Assembly (NCBI GenBank): GCA_963924995.1
Contig: CAWUUU010000028.1
Location: 197 to 64,196 of the forward strand
From: an uncultured Opitutales bacterium
GTDB lineage: Bacteria > Verrucomicrobiota > Verrucomicrobiia > Opitutales > Seribacteraceae
Reading direction: 5' to 3'
DNA: 64,000 nt
Shown here: in pieces, positions 30,616 to 40,320 of the stretch
Layout: every line of letters begins with the position of its first letter
How positions within the stretch are numbered: the first letter of the stretch is position 1
The notes under the pieces: generated by a model
What the model saw: the letters and a program-made list of their open reading frames with translations, nothing else
Told to the model about the DNA's origin: nothing
The model's database searches: none
Made by a program: the position numbers and the translations under genes

Positions 30616-31551
30616 ATGATAATGAAAGTTACAGAAGTACTACAGGTTTTATCTGATAGCACACGCCTTCGTATGTTAAGACTTTTGGGGCAGGAAGAAT
30701 TGTCAGTCGCAGAACTTCAAGAAATTTTAGAAATGGGACAGTCTCGTATTTCTAGTCACCTTTCATTACTTAGAAGACATGAAATGGTAATTGATCGAAA
30801 GGAAGGAAAAAAGACCTTTTATACCTTGATCCTTGGGGAATCTAAGCATTTTGAACTTGTACGAATTGCTTTAGAAGTTGATTCAGACGAAGAATTTTGG
30901 AAAACCGATCAATCTGCACTTCAACGAATTATCGATAGAAGAAGGCGTGCGAGCGAACAATATTTTGATGAAGTAGCGGTCCGCTTAGGTAAAAACTATG
31001 TTCCTGGTCGATCATGGGATGCGATTGGGCATTTCTTACTCCGATTAGTACCCAAAATAATAATCGCAGATCTTGGTGCAGGAGAGGGTATGATTTCTCA
31101 ATTATTAGCGGAGAGGGCCAAGAAAGTATATTGCATCGACCGATCGAAAAGTATGGTTCGACTCGGACTCGAGTTAGCCAAAAAAAATGGTCTGTCCAAT
31201 TTGATTTATAAACTCGGTGACTTAGAAAAAGTTCCACTGAAGGATGAATCTGTTGATTTAGCTTTAATGAGCCAATCACTTCATCATGCTGAACGGCCCG
31301 ATATTGCCTTACAGGAAGCGTTTAGGATTTTAAAGCCCGAAGGGCAATTAATCATCATTGATTTAAAGCAGCATCAATTTGAAAAAGCACACCAACTTTA
31401 CAACGATCGGTGGCTTGGGTTTGCTGAAAATGAACTTTATAAATCCATAAAAGATACAGGATTTCGTAAAGTTAAAGTTGAAATTGTAGCGAAGGAAAGT
31501 ACTGAGCCATTTTTTGAAACTCTACTTGCGACCGGAGAAAAAGAAATCTAA
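30616..31551 (+). CDS. ArsR-HTH + SAM-methyltransferase fusion regulator (SahR-like)
   Basis: LSDSTRLRML..ELSVAELQEIL.MGQSRISSHL HTH; ADLGAGEG SAM-binding motif. Confidence 0.88.
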   Translation: MIMKVTEVLQVLSDSTRLRMLRLLGQEELSVAELQEILEMGQSRISSHLSLLRRHEMVIDRKEGKKTFYTLILGESKHFELVRIALEVDSDEEFWKTDQSALQRIIDRRRRASEQYFDEVAVRLGKNYVPGRSWDAIGHFLLRLVPKIIIADLGAGEGMISQLLAERAKKVYCIDRSKSMVRLGLELAKKNGLSNLIYKLGDLEKVPLKDESVDLALMSQSLHHAERPDIALQEAFRILKPEGQLIIIDLKQHQFEKAHQLYNDRWLGFAENELYKSIKDTGFRKVKVEIVAKESTEPFFETLLATGEKEI

Positions 31552-34500
31552 GAAGGTTCCTTAGTTTTAAGATTCGAATTTATTTCTGACTCTGACCCAT
31601 TGCTTATCCATTTTAATGGTTTTCTACAAAACTGCATAATATCTTCCAAGATTAGGTACAAGCAAGGTACCATAAGTAAGGTAATAAAAGTTGCAAAAAG
31701 CACACCAAAGCCAATCGCAATCGCCATCGGTTTCAAGAATTGTGCCTGTAAGCTCCGTTCGAAAAGAATAGGTAGTAATCCAACAAAAGTGGTAAGTGAG
31801 GTTAGCAGAATAGGGCGAAATCTTGCCATGCCTGCATTCTTGGCTGCTTCGATTAGAGTGAAGTCTTTACTCCTTTGGTTTACATAGTGAACCAAGACTA
31901 AACTGTCGTTAATTACCACACCAGTTAATGCAACGATTCCAAACATGGAGAGTTGACTAAGAGGGATCGAAAAAAGTAAGTGCCCGAGCACTGCTCCAAT
32001 CAGACCGAATGGAATAACTGACATTACTAAGAGCGGTTGAAAATAAGATCGAAACGGGATTGCTAATAATGCATAGATTACAAAAAGTGCGATCCATCCA
32101 GATTGAGCAAGGCTGGAATCGCTTTCATTTTGTTCTTTTCGTTCGCCAACAAATGAAAATCGTAAATTTGGAAATTCTTTTCGTATTGATGGCAAAAAAG
32201 ATTCATCAAGGTTTCGTTCTATACTCGGTATATCAGCAATAATTTTATCTGCGGATGATTGCACATTTATGATGCGTGCTCGATCGGATCTTTTGATTGT
32301 AGGGTAACCCTGACCGTAGGAAATATGAGCAACTTCCTCCAAAGGCACTTCTATGCCTTGTGGAGTTCGAACTCGGAGACTTGATAGGGCACTGAGGCTC
32401 TTTCTATCTACGAGGGGATATCGAAGCATGACTTTAAGTTCTTCTCTGTCTCGCTGTAGTCTTTGTATTTCTTCTCCGTAGTAAGCTTGCCTCACTTGTC
32501 GACCAAGATCTGACTGAGTTAATCCTAATGCTCTGCCTGCAGAATTAAGACTAAGCTTTAATTCTCTTTTCCCTCCAGAGTAGGAATCCGAGATATCAAA
32601 GAGCCCCTGATACTTTTTCAGATGTTCTTTGAGTAGGTGGGCGGATTGTTTCATTACTTCTAAATCCTGCCCTGCAATTTCTATATCAAGTGCTGTTTTA
32701 TTTCCTCCAGCAGCAACATCTCCAAAATAAAGTTGTTTTACGCCAGGTAAAGGAGCGATTCTTTCGCGCCAGAGAGCAGAAATTTGGGGCGCACTTCTAG
32801 TTCGATCTTCTGATTTAATAAGCTCAACACTAATTTCTCCAATATTTGAGCTGGTTAAAATAGTGCTTGAACCTTTTGGACCTCCTGAAAATGGTTGAGC
32901 TCCCATTGTTATCATGTCGTACTTAAAAGGATTGGGTTCACCTACAGATTCCAAATATTCAATCACCTTGAGCCTAGCTTGTTCAACGAGTTCAATCGCA
33001 TGTTCCGTAGTCGCTGCTGGAACCCCGTCTTGCATAGTTATTTTAACCGAGATGTAATCAGAGGGCACTGGAGGCACTCCGCGGACAGACTTAACATGTC
33101 CACCAATAATAAGTGCAAATGTAATAATGAGGATACCCAAGAATCCTGCAACCACAGGCCATCGTAAGCGCAGGCATCTTAACAGAAAGGGAGAATAGAT
33201 TTTATCTATAAAGCGTTCAAGGCTATCCGCAATGGATTCTTGGATACGGGAAAACCAATTGTTACTGCTCCGATTAAAACGGCATAATGTGAGGTGATAG
33301 GGTAAAATGAATTTTGATTCTACTAGGGAAAACAATAGGGCAGGAATTACCACCAAAGGAATATCCTTCATCAACTTTCCAAACCAACCAGGTAAAAAGA
33401 GCAGTGGTACGAACGCGACAACGCTGGTGAGAATCGCAAATGTAACGGGGATTGCAACGAGCTGGGTACCCTTAATAGATGCGTCGACGGGTGAGTAGCC
33501 TTTTTTACCAAGAGTATATACAGATTCTCCAACTACAATTGCATCATCGACAAGAATACCTAAGACCACGATGAATGCAAAAAGTGAAACTAGATTAATA
33601 GATGCTCCAATAACCCCCATTGTGGCAAATGCCCCCATGAATGAAATTGGTAAACCAAGGGCTACAAAAAAAGCAAGGGAGGGTCTTAAGAAAAAAGATA
33701 ATACGAGAAACACAAGGATTAGACCGTGCTGGGCGTTTCGAATCATCATATCTAATCGACCTTGCAGGTAATAAGAACTGTCTTGCCAGATAGTCATATC
33801 AATCCCCTCGGGTAGAGTGAGTTTTCGATCTTGAACATACTGTGAAACTTTTTTGGATATATCCAACGGGCTTTGTTTTCCTACTCTGAAAATTCGTAAT
33901 GTTACCGCAGGTTGCCCTTCAAATTTAGTGTATAAAACTTTGTCTTCAAACCCGTCTTTGACCAGGGCGATGTCTTGAAGTTGAATCGAGGATCCATTGG
34001 TTGAGGAAACAATTTCAATTTGGTCAAATTGCCGACCTTTCCTCGCTTTCGCGGTGGTACGAATAAGAGTTTCTCCAGCAGTGGTACGGGCGACCCCTCC
34101 AGGAATATCAATGGAGTTTTTCTTCAGAGATTCTGAAACCGAATCAAAGCTTAATCCATGTTCTCGCATTGCCTGTTCAGAGAGTTCGATGCCAATCTCG
34201 GGACTTCTGATTCCGGATATCTCAACTTGAGTAATCCCGGGTATATTCGTCAGATCATCCTGCGTTTTTTCTGCTAATTTTCGAATAGATTTAATGTCAC
34301 TGTTCCCATGTATTGCCAGAGCAAGAACTCTTCTTTTAGCAGTCATCACTTCTACTATAGGCTTTTCTGCCTCTTCCGGGAAATTGCTTATAGCATCGAC
34401 TCGAACTTTAATTTCATCGGCAAGAATCTTGGCATCTTTCCCTTTCTCGACTTGTATCGTAACAATTCCAGTGTTTTCCCTCGCGAAGGAAGTCATTTCT

Positions 34501-34727
34501 TTAATCCCAGTAAGATCCCAAATTTTTTCTTCAATTTGTTTACAAATTCCATCCTCGACTTCAAGTGGTGCGGCACCAGGGTAGATAACTGAGATTGTGA
34601 CTATATCAAGGTCGAAATCAGGAAAGAGTTCCATTTTGAGACCACGAATCGAAATTATGCCGGCTAGCAGAATAATGCCTGCAAGTAAATTGGCGGCTAC
34701 ACCATTTTTGGCAAACCATGCAATCAT
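31548..34727 (-). CDS. RND efflux permease (AcrB/AcrD/AcrF family)
   Basis: 1059 aa; GILVDDAIVVGE, GVVINDSLVL and RFRPILLTS. Confidence 0.95.
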   Translation of the reverse strand: MIAWFAKNGVAANLLAGIILLAGIISIRGLKMELFPDFDLDIVTISVIYPGAAPLEVEDGICKQIEEKIWDLTGIKEMTSFARENTGIVTIQVEKGKDAKILADEIKVRVDAISNFPEEAEKPIVEVMTAKRRVLALAIHGNSDIKSIRKLAEKTQDDLTNIPGITQVEISGIRSPEIGIELSEQAMREHGLSFDSVSESLKKNSIDIPGGVARTTAGETLIRTTAKARKGRQFDQIEIVSSTNGSSIQLQDIALVKDGFEDKVLYTKFEGQPAVTLRIFRVGKQSPLDISKKVSQYVQDRKLTLPEGIDMTIWQDSSYYLQGRLDMMIRNAQHGLILVFLVLSFFLRPSLAFFVALGLPISFMGAFATMGVIGASINLVSLFAFIVVLGILVDDAIVVGESVYTLGKKGYSPVDASIKGTQLVAIPVTFAILTSVVAFVPLLFLPGWFGKLMKDIPLVVIPALLFSLVESKFILPYHLTLCRFNRSSNNWFSRIQESIADSLERFIDKIYSPFLLRCLRLRWPVVAGFLGILIITFALIIGGHVKSVRGVPPVPSDYISVKITMQDGVPAATTEHAIELVEQARLKVIEYLESVGEPNPFKYDMITMGAQPFSGGPKGSSTILTSSNIGEISVELIKSEDRTRSAPQISALWRERIAPLPGVKQLYFGDVAAGGNKTALDIEIAGQDLEVMKQSAHLLKEHLKKYQGLFDISDSYSGGKRELKLSLNSAGRALGLTQSDLGRQVRQAYYGEEIQRLQRDREELKVMLRYPLVDRKSLSALSSLRVRTPQGIEVPLEEVAHISYGQGYPTIKRSDRARIINVQSSADKIIADIPSIERNLDESFLPSIRKEFPNLRFSFVGERKEQNESDSSLAQSGWIALFVIYALLAIPFRSYFQPLLVMSVIPFGLIGAVLGHLLFSIPLSQLSMFGIVALTGVVINDSLVLVHYVNQRSKDFTLIEAAKNAGMARFRPILLTSLTTFVGLLPILFERSLQAQFLKPMAIAIGFGVLFATFITLLMVPCLYLILEDIMQFCRKPLKWISNGSESEINSNLKTKEPS

Positions 34728-35941
34728 AGCTGAGTCTCGTTTTGATCTAAGTTCGAAGGCGATATGTTAACTCTCATCCCTTCTGCAATAATATCCATTG
34801 GTGTGGTACAAATTATTTCTCCCTCTTTAATTCCACCTACAACCCATACTTCCTGCCCGTTCCTTTTTACGCTTTTAACTTTTCGAAAAGTTAAATGGTT
34901 ATCTTGATCGAGAACGAGAATTGTATTCTGTTCTCGGAATGCGGAGATAGGGACTATAAAAACATTAATCGTTGGGCCCGTAAGTTTAAGTTTCACAAAT
35001 TGACCAATGCTCAACGGATCTTCTACTTTAGAAAGTTGATTGAAGGGATCGGTGAAACAATTTTCAAAGCTTGCGACTAAGTTGTGTAAGCGAGTTCGTG
35101 AATCAATCACTCCCTGAGAACGATCAATCACTCCAGTATGTATGGTCTTTCCTTGATCGTTGAGGACTTCTGCCAGAATTTGATCAACTCCATTGGGAGA
35201 ACCTTCATCAAAATTAAGAAAAGAAATTTCTTTTCGGCTAAGTGAAAGGTGAACCTCACCGGTTTTGATGGAGTAAATCTTGGCGAGAGTAGAAGAAGAG
35301 CCCGAACCAACCTGTTGTCCCTCATCGGCTAAAATATTCAAAATTCTTCCTCTGAAAGGGGCACGGACATTTGCCTTACTTACATTTTGCCTTGCTTGAT
35401 TATGAAGAGCTTCTGCGGCCTTAGTTTCAGCTTCAGATTTCAGAATTTGAGGTCGTCTTTTCACTAAATCTGGAGCGAGGTTCCAGTCTTTTTCACCCCA
35501 CTCAGTTTTAGCTTGCTCAGCAAGTGCCTGTTCTTGTGCCAATTGATACTCGGTTCGTCTAAGATTAGCAAGTGCCTCTGCCTCTTTGGCTATAAGATCG
35601 ATGTCTTCAATTTTTACCAATAAATCTCCCTTTTCGAAAAAACCACCATTTTGGAAAGAAGATATAGATTGGTTTGACTCATTATTGAAGGGGGCAACCC
35701 CTTTGATTAAGCCAGGTACTTCTGCAATAAGATTGGTGAGAGTTCGTGCCTTTACTGTTCCGAATACTTCTATCGTCGCTTTCTGAGAGATACGATTTGC
35801 TTTAATAACGTCGACAAAGGGAAATTGTTTAACAATTTCTTTGGATTGGGGCTTGGCTTTACTTTCGATCAGGAATTTTCCGATCAAGATTGCGGTTGTA
35901 ATGATTATTCCGCAAAGAATAAAAAGTGAGAATTTCTTCAT
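34724..35941 (-). CDS. RND membrane fusion (periplasmic adaptor) protein
   Basis: N-terminal TM, lipoyl halves (AEVPG..KGDLLVKI, VRAPFRG); upstream of the RND permease. Confidence 0.92.
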   Translation of the reverse strand: MKKFSLFILCGIIITTAILIGKFLIESKAKPQSKEIVKQFPFVDVIKANRISQKATIEVFGTVKARTLTNLIAEVPGLIKGVAPFNNESNQSISSFQNGGFFEKGDLLVKIEDIDLIAKEAEALANLRRTEYQLAQEQALAEQAKTEWGEKDWNLAPDLVKRRPQILKSEAETKAAEALHNQARQNVSKANVRAPFRGRILNILADEGQQVGSGSSSTLAKIYSIKTGEVHLSLSRKEISFLNFDEGSPNGVDQILAEVLNDQGKTIHTGVIDRSQGVIDSRTRLHNLVASFENCFTDPFNQLSKVEDPLSIGQFVKLKLTGPTINVFIVPISAFREQNTILVLDQDNHLTFRKVKSVKRNGQEVWVVGGIKEGEIICTTPMDIIAEGMRVNISPSNLDQNETQL

Positions 35942-37353
35942 GATTCTGGTGCAATGGCTTCCATTCCAATTGCTAGGTAAAGGTTGATTCGATTTAGGAT
36001 TCTTTCTTTTTTAATTAATAAAAAACGACTTTCAGCTTCAAATGAACGCCTACGAGTTTCAAGGGTATTAAAAATCCCTTCCACACCACGTTGATACCTT
36101 TCCCAACTGAGGTCGGCTGCGTCAGCTAGCACCGCGGAAGCTTGCCTTAAGTACTTTTCTTCTTTGGCAAGATGTATATCGGAGGAAAGGGTGTTCTCTA
36201 CTTCATAAAAAGCACGAAGGGCAACTGCTTTAAAATTTGAAATCGCCGATTTTTGTAGAGCCTTGGCTTTCCTCACACCCGCACGCAATCTTCCTCCTTG
36301 AAAGATTGGTTGGCTCACCGCTGCTGAAATATCCCAGATGCGGAATTTTTGATCGATTAGATCTTCAAAATTATCTGACCTGCTTCCTGGACCACCAGTC
36401 AGAGTAAGGGATGGCAGTAGACTTTTATTAGCCACTTTAAGATCCAAGCCAGACGATTCAACTTTTAGCCTGGCAGAGGATAAATCATGGCGCGCCTCCA
36501 CCACCTTCGAGGGCGTAGGAGGAAGGGGAGGCAGGATTAAATCGGGTAGGGTGCTGGTCGAGTTTATATCGAAGTTTCCATCTGGGTATTGCCCGATTAA
36601 TTCTTGAAGGGTTTGAGCAAAGTTATTTCCAAGTCGTTGTCTTTGAGCAAGAGTTGCCTGTGACGAGCGAAAGCTAGCTTCGGCAAGTTTTTGTTCCAAG
36701 GCTGTAGCTAGTCCTTTTTGGTAGCGATCATTAATGAAAGAAAGGTTCTGGGAATATGTTTCGATGGTATTTTCGATAAGTTGGATTTGGAATGAATTCT
36801 CAACCAAATTGAACCATGCTTTTGCTACTTGGCCATTGAGAGATAAACGGGCCGCTCTGTAGTCAGATAAACTTGATTCAAATACTCTTTTGGCTGAATT
36901 TCGGGAGTCTTTAACTTTACCCCAAAGGTCCAATTCCCAACTTATATTTATGCCAGAATTAAAACTACTTGAGGTAAAAGAAGTTTCACTATTTGGAAAA
37001 TTAAATCCTATTAAGTTTCTTTTGTTTCTTGCTCCAGCAACATTTGCATTGGCTGTAGGTAAAAGCTTAGCACCAGCAATGGTCGCATCTTCTCCCCTTG
37101 CGATCACCCGTTCATACATGGCGATCAGTTCATGATTAGTTGTATTGGCAGTTGCTATTAAGTGAGTCAGTTCAGGAATATCAAATGCTTTTGTCCAATA
37201 ACTCGTATTGTCGTCGGATTCTAGATCTCGTAACTCTGCACGCCATTGAGTTGGAATCAAATCTTTCTCCATATTGGAGATCTCTTTATTTGTAGATCGA
37301 CAAGAGAAACTAAGAAATAGAGGGAAAAATAAGTAAATATAATAGAGTTTCAT
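35938..37353 (-). CDS. Outer membrane efflux lipoprotein (OprM/NodT family)
   Basis: Lipobox FSC; SWELDLWG, QPIFQGG and YLAIG. Confidence 0.92.
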   Translation of the reverse strand: MKLYYIYLFFPLFLSFSCRSTNKEISNMEKDLIPTQWRAELRDLESDDNTSYWTKAFDIPELTHLIATANTTNHELIAMYERVIARGEDATIAGAKLLPTANANVAGARNKRNLIGFNFPNSETSFTSSSFNSGINISWELDLWGKVKDSRNSAKRVFESSLSDYRAARLSLNGQVAKAWFNLVENSFQIQLIENTIETYSQNLSFINDRYQKGLATALEQKLAEASFRSSQATLAQRQRLGNNFAQTLQELIGQYPDGNFDINSTSTLPDLILPPLPPTPSKVVEARHDLSSARLKVESSGLDLKVANKSLLPSLTLTGGPGSRSDNFEDLIDQKFRIWDISAAVSQPIFQGGRLRAGVRKAKALQKSAISNFKAVALRAFYEVENTLSSDIHLAKEEKYLRQASAVLADAADLSWERYQRGVEGIFNTLETRRRSFEAESRFLLIKKERILNRINLYLAIGMEAIAPES

Positions 37354-38021
37354 TTTTTATTTTGGATACCCGCATCGAACCCATTGGAAACAAAAATAAT
37401 TAATCTTTCTATCATATCCTGAATGGCATTCTCATTACACCTGCCAAAAGAAAAATCATTAATTCTTCGATGCTGAGCCAAAGTACCCAACATTGAGGAA
37501 ACTGCAAAGTGATAATTCCAATATAAGTCTTCCTCCTTTGCAGTAGGGTGTGAATTTTTAAGTTCGTTCATGAAAATTTGAGATAATTCTCCAAAAAATC
37601 TTTTATGGATCTTTTCAAGGAAACTGGCTGGCTCAGTAAAACTACGAGAAATGATTTCAATAATTCCGGATTTGTTGCTTATTTGCTTTTCAACTTCTTC
37701 TCCGACTGGTTGGATAAGAGCTCGGAAGATTTCGATGGTGGGTAAAGGTCGATTGGGGGACTTCAATTTGGCATCGGCAAGTTTTTTTCTCCTTTTGGTA
37801 TTAATTGGTTCGATTTTTGATTTGATCATTTCTAAAACCATGGCTTCTTTTGATCCAAAATGATAATGAGCCGAAGCTAAGTTTGTTTTGGCTTGCTGAG
37901 CAATTCCTCTCATGGTGACTCCAGCAACTCCCTTAGACGCAAACAACTCTTCGGTCGTTCGCAAAAGTCGTGCCTTTGTTTTTTGCCCATTTGCCCGGGT
38001 TTGATTCGATATCGCTACCAT
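37350..38021 (-). CDS. TetR-family regulator (PsrA/CecR-like)
   Basis: ELFASKGV..TMRGIAQQAKTNLASAHYHFGSKE HTH; first gene of the efflux operon. Confidence 0.92.
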   Translation of the reverse strand: MVAISNQTRANGQKTKARLLRTTEELFASKGVAGVTMRGIAQQAKTNLASAHYHFGSKEAMVLEMIKSKIEPINTKRRKKLADAKLKSPNRPLPTIEIFRALIQPVGEEVEKQISNKSGIIEIISRSFTEPASFLEKIHKRFFGELSQIFMNELKNSHPTAKEEDLYWNYHFAVSSMLGTLAQHRRINDFSFGRCNENAIQDMIERLIIFVSNGFDAGIQNKK

Positions 38022-38033
38022 CAAGAAAAATTA

Positions 38034-38051
38034 TTTAAACGATCGTTTGAA
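38034..38051. promoter_or_regulatory. Palindromic operator, likely for TetR autoregulation
   Basis: TTTAAACGATCGTTTGAA (one mismatch), PsrA-box-like AAAC-N4-GTTT, about 13 bp from the tetR start. Confidence 0.7.
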
Positions 38052-38208
38052 GAAAGGCAAGATTGCTTTAAATAACGAAGGTGAAATTAATTGAGTTCAA
38101 GTCCTTATGTACCCATCAAATCAAGGCTTTTTCATTGACAGAGCCCTTGCAATAATCTTTTGTCTTACCTTTTTCCTTAATTCGCACACTTCATTTACTA
38201 AGTAGATT

Positions 38209-38766
38209 ATGATCAAGATTCGCTTGCAAAGACACGGGGCACGCCATGCACCATTCTATCGTATGGTTGTTACTCCCTCTACCACCCGTCGAGACGGAAA
38301 GTTTATTGAGGTTCTTGGAACTTATAACCCAAAGGCGCATGCTAGAGCAGAAGAGCTAAAGCTAAAGATGGATCGTATTGATCATTGGTTGGGCGTAGGT
38401 GCACAACCAACTGACACCGCGAAAAGTTTGATTCGCCAAGGTAGATTAACCCCCGAGGAATGGCTTTTGAAAGCTGATCGAGAAGCAGCAAAGCGACTCG
38501 CCCGTGCCCAAAAAGGAAATGTTGCTCCTGCGATGGAAGAAAGTAATGAAGGAACTCCAGTTGTAGAACCCGAAGCTAAACCAGAAGAAGTAAAAGCGGA
38601 AAAGGAATCACCTGTTGTTGAAACGAAAGAAAAAACTCCAGTTGTAGAACCTGAAGCCAAACCAGAAGAAGTAAAAGCGGAAAAGGAAACACCTGTTGTT
38701 GAAACGAAAGAAGAAACTCCAGTTGTAGAACCTGAAGCCAAACCAGACGAAGCAAAAGCAAAATAG
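38209..38766 (+). CDS. rpsP: 30S ribosomal protein S16 with a long repetitive acidic C-terminal tail (frame continues to 38988 past a TAG)
   Basis: MIKIRLQRHG..PFYRMVV..RRDGKFIEVLGTYNP..WLGVGAQPTDT. Confidence 0.95.
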   Translation: MIKIRLQRHGARHAPFYRMVVTPSTTRRDGKFIEVLGTYNPKAHARAEELKLKMDRIDHWLGVGAQPTDTAKSLIRQGRLTPEEWLLKADREAAKRLARAQKGNVAPAMEESNEGTPVVEPEAKPEEVKAEKESPVVETKEKTPVVEPEAKPEEVKAEKETPVVETKEETPVVEPEAKPDEAKAK

Positions 38767-38970
38767 GAAGCACCTGCTGTTGAAGCGAAGGAAGAAATTC
38801 CAGTTGTAGAACCTGAAGCTAAACCAGAAGAAGCAAAAGCAAAAAAGGAAACACCTGCTGTTGAAGCGAAGGAAGAAGCGAAAGAAGAAACTCCAGGTGT
38901 AGAACCCGAAGCCAAACCAGAAGAAGCAAAAGCCGAAAAGGAAGCACCGGTAGTTGTAGCAAAGGAAGAA
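38554..38970 (+). repeat. Five copies of an 81-bp (27-aa, TPVVEPEAKPEE..) repeat
   Basis: Unit starts at 38554, 38635, 38716, 38797 and 38890. Confidence 0.92.
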
Positions 38971-39046
38971 GAGTCAAAAGAAGGCTAGATCATAGCCCGT
39001 ACTCTTCCTTCCTATATGTATTTAAAATTTAGTGATGATTCGCAAG

Positions 39047-39730
39047 ATGGACCCAATTCTGCGTTTCGATGTTTTATCTCTCTTTCCTAAGACTTTAGAA
39101 GGATTTATTGGCGAAAGCATAATTGCTCGTGCAATCGATAGCGGTTTGATTGAAGTCAACTCGTTTGATTTACGGCGTTGGGCAGATGGAAAACATAGAG
39201 AAACTGACGATCGTCCATTTGGAGGCGGTGCAGGCATGGTAATGAAACCCGAACCATTATTTGCGGCAGTTGAAGAGATTGCAGAAGAATCTACCACCAT
39301 TATTTATATGGCACCAGATGGTGAAAAATTAACCACTCCACTTTGTAAGGAATTAGCCCAAGAAAAACATATTCTGGTGCTGAGCGGTCATTATGAAGGA
39401 GTTGATCAACGGGTTCGTGATAATCTCGTTACTAGAGAGATCAGTGTCGGAGATTATGTTTTGACTAATGGTACTCTAGGTGCGTCCATATTAATAGATG
39501 CAGTGAGTAGGCATGTTCCAGGAGTACTGGGAGATGAAGATTCTTTGAAAGATGAAAGCTTTGAAGATCAACTCCTCGCATTTCCTCAATACACTAGACC
39601 CGCAGAATTTCGAGGAATGAAGGTGCCCGATGTCCTTCTTTCTGGAAATCATTCAGAAATTTCGAAATGGCGTGAAACAAAAAGATTAGAAAAGACTCAA
39701 AAATTGCGCCCTGATTTATTGAAAAATTAA
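39047..39730 (+). CDS. trmD: tRNA (guanine37-N1)-methyltransferase
   Basis: DDRPFGGGAGMVMK, GHYEGVDQR, SVGDYVL and PQYTRP. Confidence 0.96.
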   Translation: MDPILRFDVLSLFPKTLEGFIGESIIARAIDSGLIEVNSFDLRRWADGKHRETDDRPFGGGAGMVMKPEPLFAAVEEIAEESTTIIYMAPDGEKLTTPLCKELAQEKHILVLSGHYEGVDQRVRDNLVTREISVGDYVLTNGTLGASILIDAVSRHVPGVLGDEDSLKDESFEDQLLAFPQYTRPAEFRGMKVPDVLLSGNHSEISKWRETKRLEKTQKLRPDLLKN

Positions 39731-39749
39731 CCTGAGAGTATACAGAATT

Positions 39750-40127
39750 ATGAACAACCAACTATTAGAAGAAGTAACCAAAGAGTATTTAAAAGAAGGC
39801 CGCGACCAATTTAAAGTTGGAGATGGGGTCAAAGTTCACGTTCGTGTACGTGAGGGAGAAAAAGAACGTATTCAGATTTTTGGTGGAATTGTGATCGCTC
39901 GTAAAGGATCGGGCGTACATGAAACTTTCACCGTTCGGCGCATTGCTTCTGGTGTTGGAGTTGAGCGGGTATTCCCCGTCCATTCGCCTCTAGTTGATAA
40001 AGTTGAGGTTGATCGCGAAAGTATTACTATGCGTGCTCGAATGTACTACCTTAGAGATCGAATTGGTAAAGAAGCCAATAAGGTCAAAGAAAAACGCCTT
40101 TTTGAGGCCAAGCGTAAGAGAAAATAG
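39750..40127 (+). CDS. rplS: 50S ribosomal protein L19
   Basis: EGEKERIQIFGG, GVGVERVFP and YYLRDR. Confidence 0.96.
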   Translation: MNNQLLEEVTKEYLKEGRDQFKVGDGVKVHVRVREGEKERIQIFGGIVIARKGSGVHETFTVRRIASGVGVERVFPVHSPLVDKVEVDRESITMRARMYYLRDRIGKEANKVKEKRLFEAKRKRK

Positions 40128-40320
40128 TTCCTTAGTTGTATTTGCGATTTCATGGGAACAGGTTGAAATTGTAAATTATATTGTTTTTTCTTTTTCCAAC
40201 CGTTTAAGGATGAGAAAGGTGATTCAATTATTTCATATTGGTTTATTCAGTATTTTGGCATTATTTGTCTTTGATTAAGGATTGGAAAATTTTTGAAATT
40301 AAGAACATAGTGGCTTTTTA

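Noticed and set aside
38382-38915. 177-aa antisense ORF with ASSGLASGSTT repeats
   Set aside because: Shadow of the rpsP repeat on the opposite strand.
38554-38970. Regular repeats that could suggest a CRISPR array
   Set aside because: Units are contiguous in-frame coding repeats of rpsP with no unique spacers, and no cas genes are present.
38989-39046. Missing rimM between rpsP and trmD as a novelty
   Set aside because: rpsP-trmD-rplS without rimM is, to my knowledge, usual in Chlamydiae/Verrucomicrobiota.
39994-40278. 94-aa ORF and small hydrophobic peptide (MRKVIQLF..FVFD) before the large hypothetical gene
   Set aside because: Overlaps rplS out of frame and shows only weak resemblance to the next gene's N-terminus; insufficient support.
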